This document shows, piece after piece, positions 37,407-38,720 of a DNA stretch of 38,720 bases; position 1 is the stretch's first letter, and each line of letters starts with the position of its first letter. Under the pieces are notes generated by a model that saw nothing but the letters and a program-made list of their open reading frames with translations, was not told the origin of the DNA and did no database searches. The DNA comes from a virus (lineage: Duplodnaviria > Heunggongvirae > Uroviricota > Caudoviricetes), in the IMG/VR virus record IMGVR_UViG_2563366844_000005; one strand, 5' to 3'. The translations under genes and the position numbers were made by a program.

Positions 37407-38720
37407 ATGGATAAAGTCAAATATCCAACAGGCGTCGAAAACCACGGCGGCACATTACGCATCTGGTTTAATTTTAAAGGTAAACGTGTCAGGGAAAATC
37501 TTGGTGTCCCTGACACTGCCAAGAACAGGAAGATCGCCGGGGAACTACGGACATCGGTATGTTTTGCCATCCGCACAGGAAGCTTTGATTATGCTGCACA
37601 GTTCCCTGACTCCCCTAACCTTCAGGCTTTTGGGGTAAGTAAAAAAGAAATTACGGTGAAAGAACTTGAAGAAAAATGGCTGGATCTGAAACGAATGGAA
37701 ATCTCTGCAAATGCATTCAATCGCTATGAATCCGTTGCAAGAACGATGGTTCCGAAAATTGGAGGCAGCAGACTGGTGTCATCGGTAACCAAAGAGGAAT
37801 TGCTGTATATCAGGAAAGAATTGCTGACCGGGTATCAGAATTCAACGAAAAACAAAGCAGCAGCAAGAGGACGGAGCGTCGTTACAGTAAATTATTACAT
37901 GACGACAATCGCTGGAATGTTTCAGTTTGCTGCAGATCACGGTTACTTAGAAGCAAATCCCTTCCAGGGAATTAAGCCTCTTAAAAGAGCCAGGGCAGAG
38001 CCAGATCCGCTAACTCGTGACGAGTTTATTCGCCTGATAGATGCTTGCCGACATCAGCAGACGAAAAACCTGTGGTCATTGGCTGTGTACACAGGAATGC
38101 GTCACGGTGAACTGGTCTCCCTGGCCTGGGAAGATATCGATCTGAAAGCAGGAACTATTACTATCAGGCGCAATTATACGAAACTCGGTGAGTTCACTCT
38201 ACCTAAAACTGAAGCAAGTACAAACAGGGTTGTGCATCTTATCCAGCCCGCTATCAGTGTCCTGAAAAATCAGGCTGAAATGACAAGACTGGGTAAGCAG
38301 CACCACATCAAGGTTCAACTACGTGAATATGGACGTTCAGTGAATCATGAATGTACTTTCGTATTTAACCCCCAGGTGGTTAGAAAAAGCAAACAGGTCG
38401 GTTTTATCTACAAGGTAGATTCTATTGGCGACTCATGGGAAACAGCCATTAAGCGTGCGGGCATCAGGCACCGGAAAGCATACCAGTCACGACACACTTA
38501 TGCGTGCTGGTCATTATCTGCCGGAGCAAACCCAAGCTTCATTGCCAGCCAGATGGGTCATGCAAGTGCCCAGATGGTGTTCAATGTATACGGAGCATGG
38601 ATGACTGACAGCAATGCAGAACAAATCGCAATGCTGAATCAGAAGCTGGCGGATTATGTCCCAATGATGTCCCATGGTCACCAAAGTGACACAATAGACT
38701 TATTAAAATCAGTGGGTTAG
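37407..38720 (+). CDS. int: Tyrosine site-specific integrase
   Basis: 437 aa; C-terminal catalytic region with conserved Arg, His-x-x-Arg and Tyr (..RHTYACWS..HA..VYGAW); GGAGGT SD; stop codon is the last triplet of the window. Confidence 0.9.
   Translation: MDKVKYPTGVENHGGTLRIWFNFKGKRVRENLGVPDTAKNRKIAGELRTSVCFAIRTGSFDYAAQFPDSPNLQAFGVSKKEITVKELEEKWLDLKRMEISANAFNRYESVARTMVPKIGGSRLVSSVTKEELLYIRKELLTGYQNSTKNKAAARGRSVVTVNYYMTTIAGMFQFAADHGYLEANPFQGIKPLKRARAEPDPLTRDEFIRLIDACRHQQTKNLWSLAVYTGMRHGELVSLAWEDIDLKAGTITIRRNYTKLGEFTLPKTEASTNRVVHLIQPAISVLKNQAEMTRLGKQHHIKVQLREYGRSVNHECTFVFNPQVVRKSKQVGFIYKVDSIGDSWETAIKRAGIRHRKAYQSRHTYACWSLSAGANPSFIASQMGHASAQMVFNVYGAWMTDSNAEQIAMLNQKLADYVPMMSHGHQSDTIDLLKSVG

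Noticed and set aside
1-38720. CRISPR arrays, insertion sequences or transposase genes
   Set aside because: No regularly spaced short direct repeats and no transposase-like ORFs or terminal inverted repeats were seen; the only tandem repeats are in-frame inside the fibre gene.

Overview
This window is almost entirely one lambdoid (lambda/HK97-mosaic) prophage of an enterobacterial host, running from integrase at the right edge to tail fibres and cargo at the left edge; no att site is visible inside the window. Reading right to left on the minus strand: cro-like regulator, SF2 helicase plus Toprim primase (not lambda O/P), one unknown gene, a Q-position late regulator, a pinholin / SAR-endolysin / Rz-Rz1 lysis cassette, HNH endonuclease, small and large terminase, HK97-type portal, protease and major capsid, head-tail joining genes, then a lambda-type tail (V, G/T frameshift pair, H, M, L, K, I, J), Lom, and a two-fibre module. 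On the plus strand are the S24 repressor, a pL-like early operon of mostly unknown small genes ending in an antirepressor-like gene, excisionase-like gene and tyrosine integrase, plus a DinI-family gene at the far left. Protein identifications rest on my recall of family motifs and of lambda proteins (K, I, L, J, Rz, Rz1), not on any search. The strongest candidates for something undescribed are an AT-rich 307-aa gene inserted antisense between the Q-like gene and the holin, a small acidic gene on the opposite strand inside the lysis cassette, and the cluster of unknown early genes downstream of pL. ORF-track starts include TTG/GTG codons, so several starts were moved to the first ATG with a Shine-Dalgarno-like sequence.
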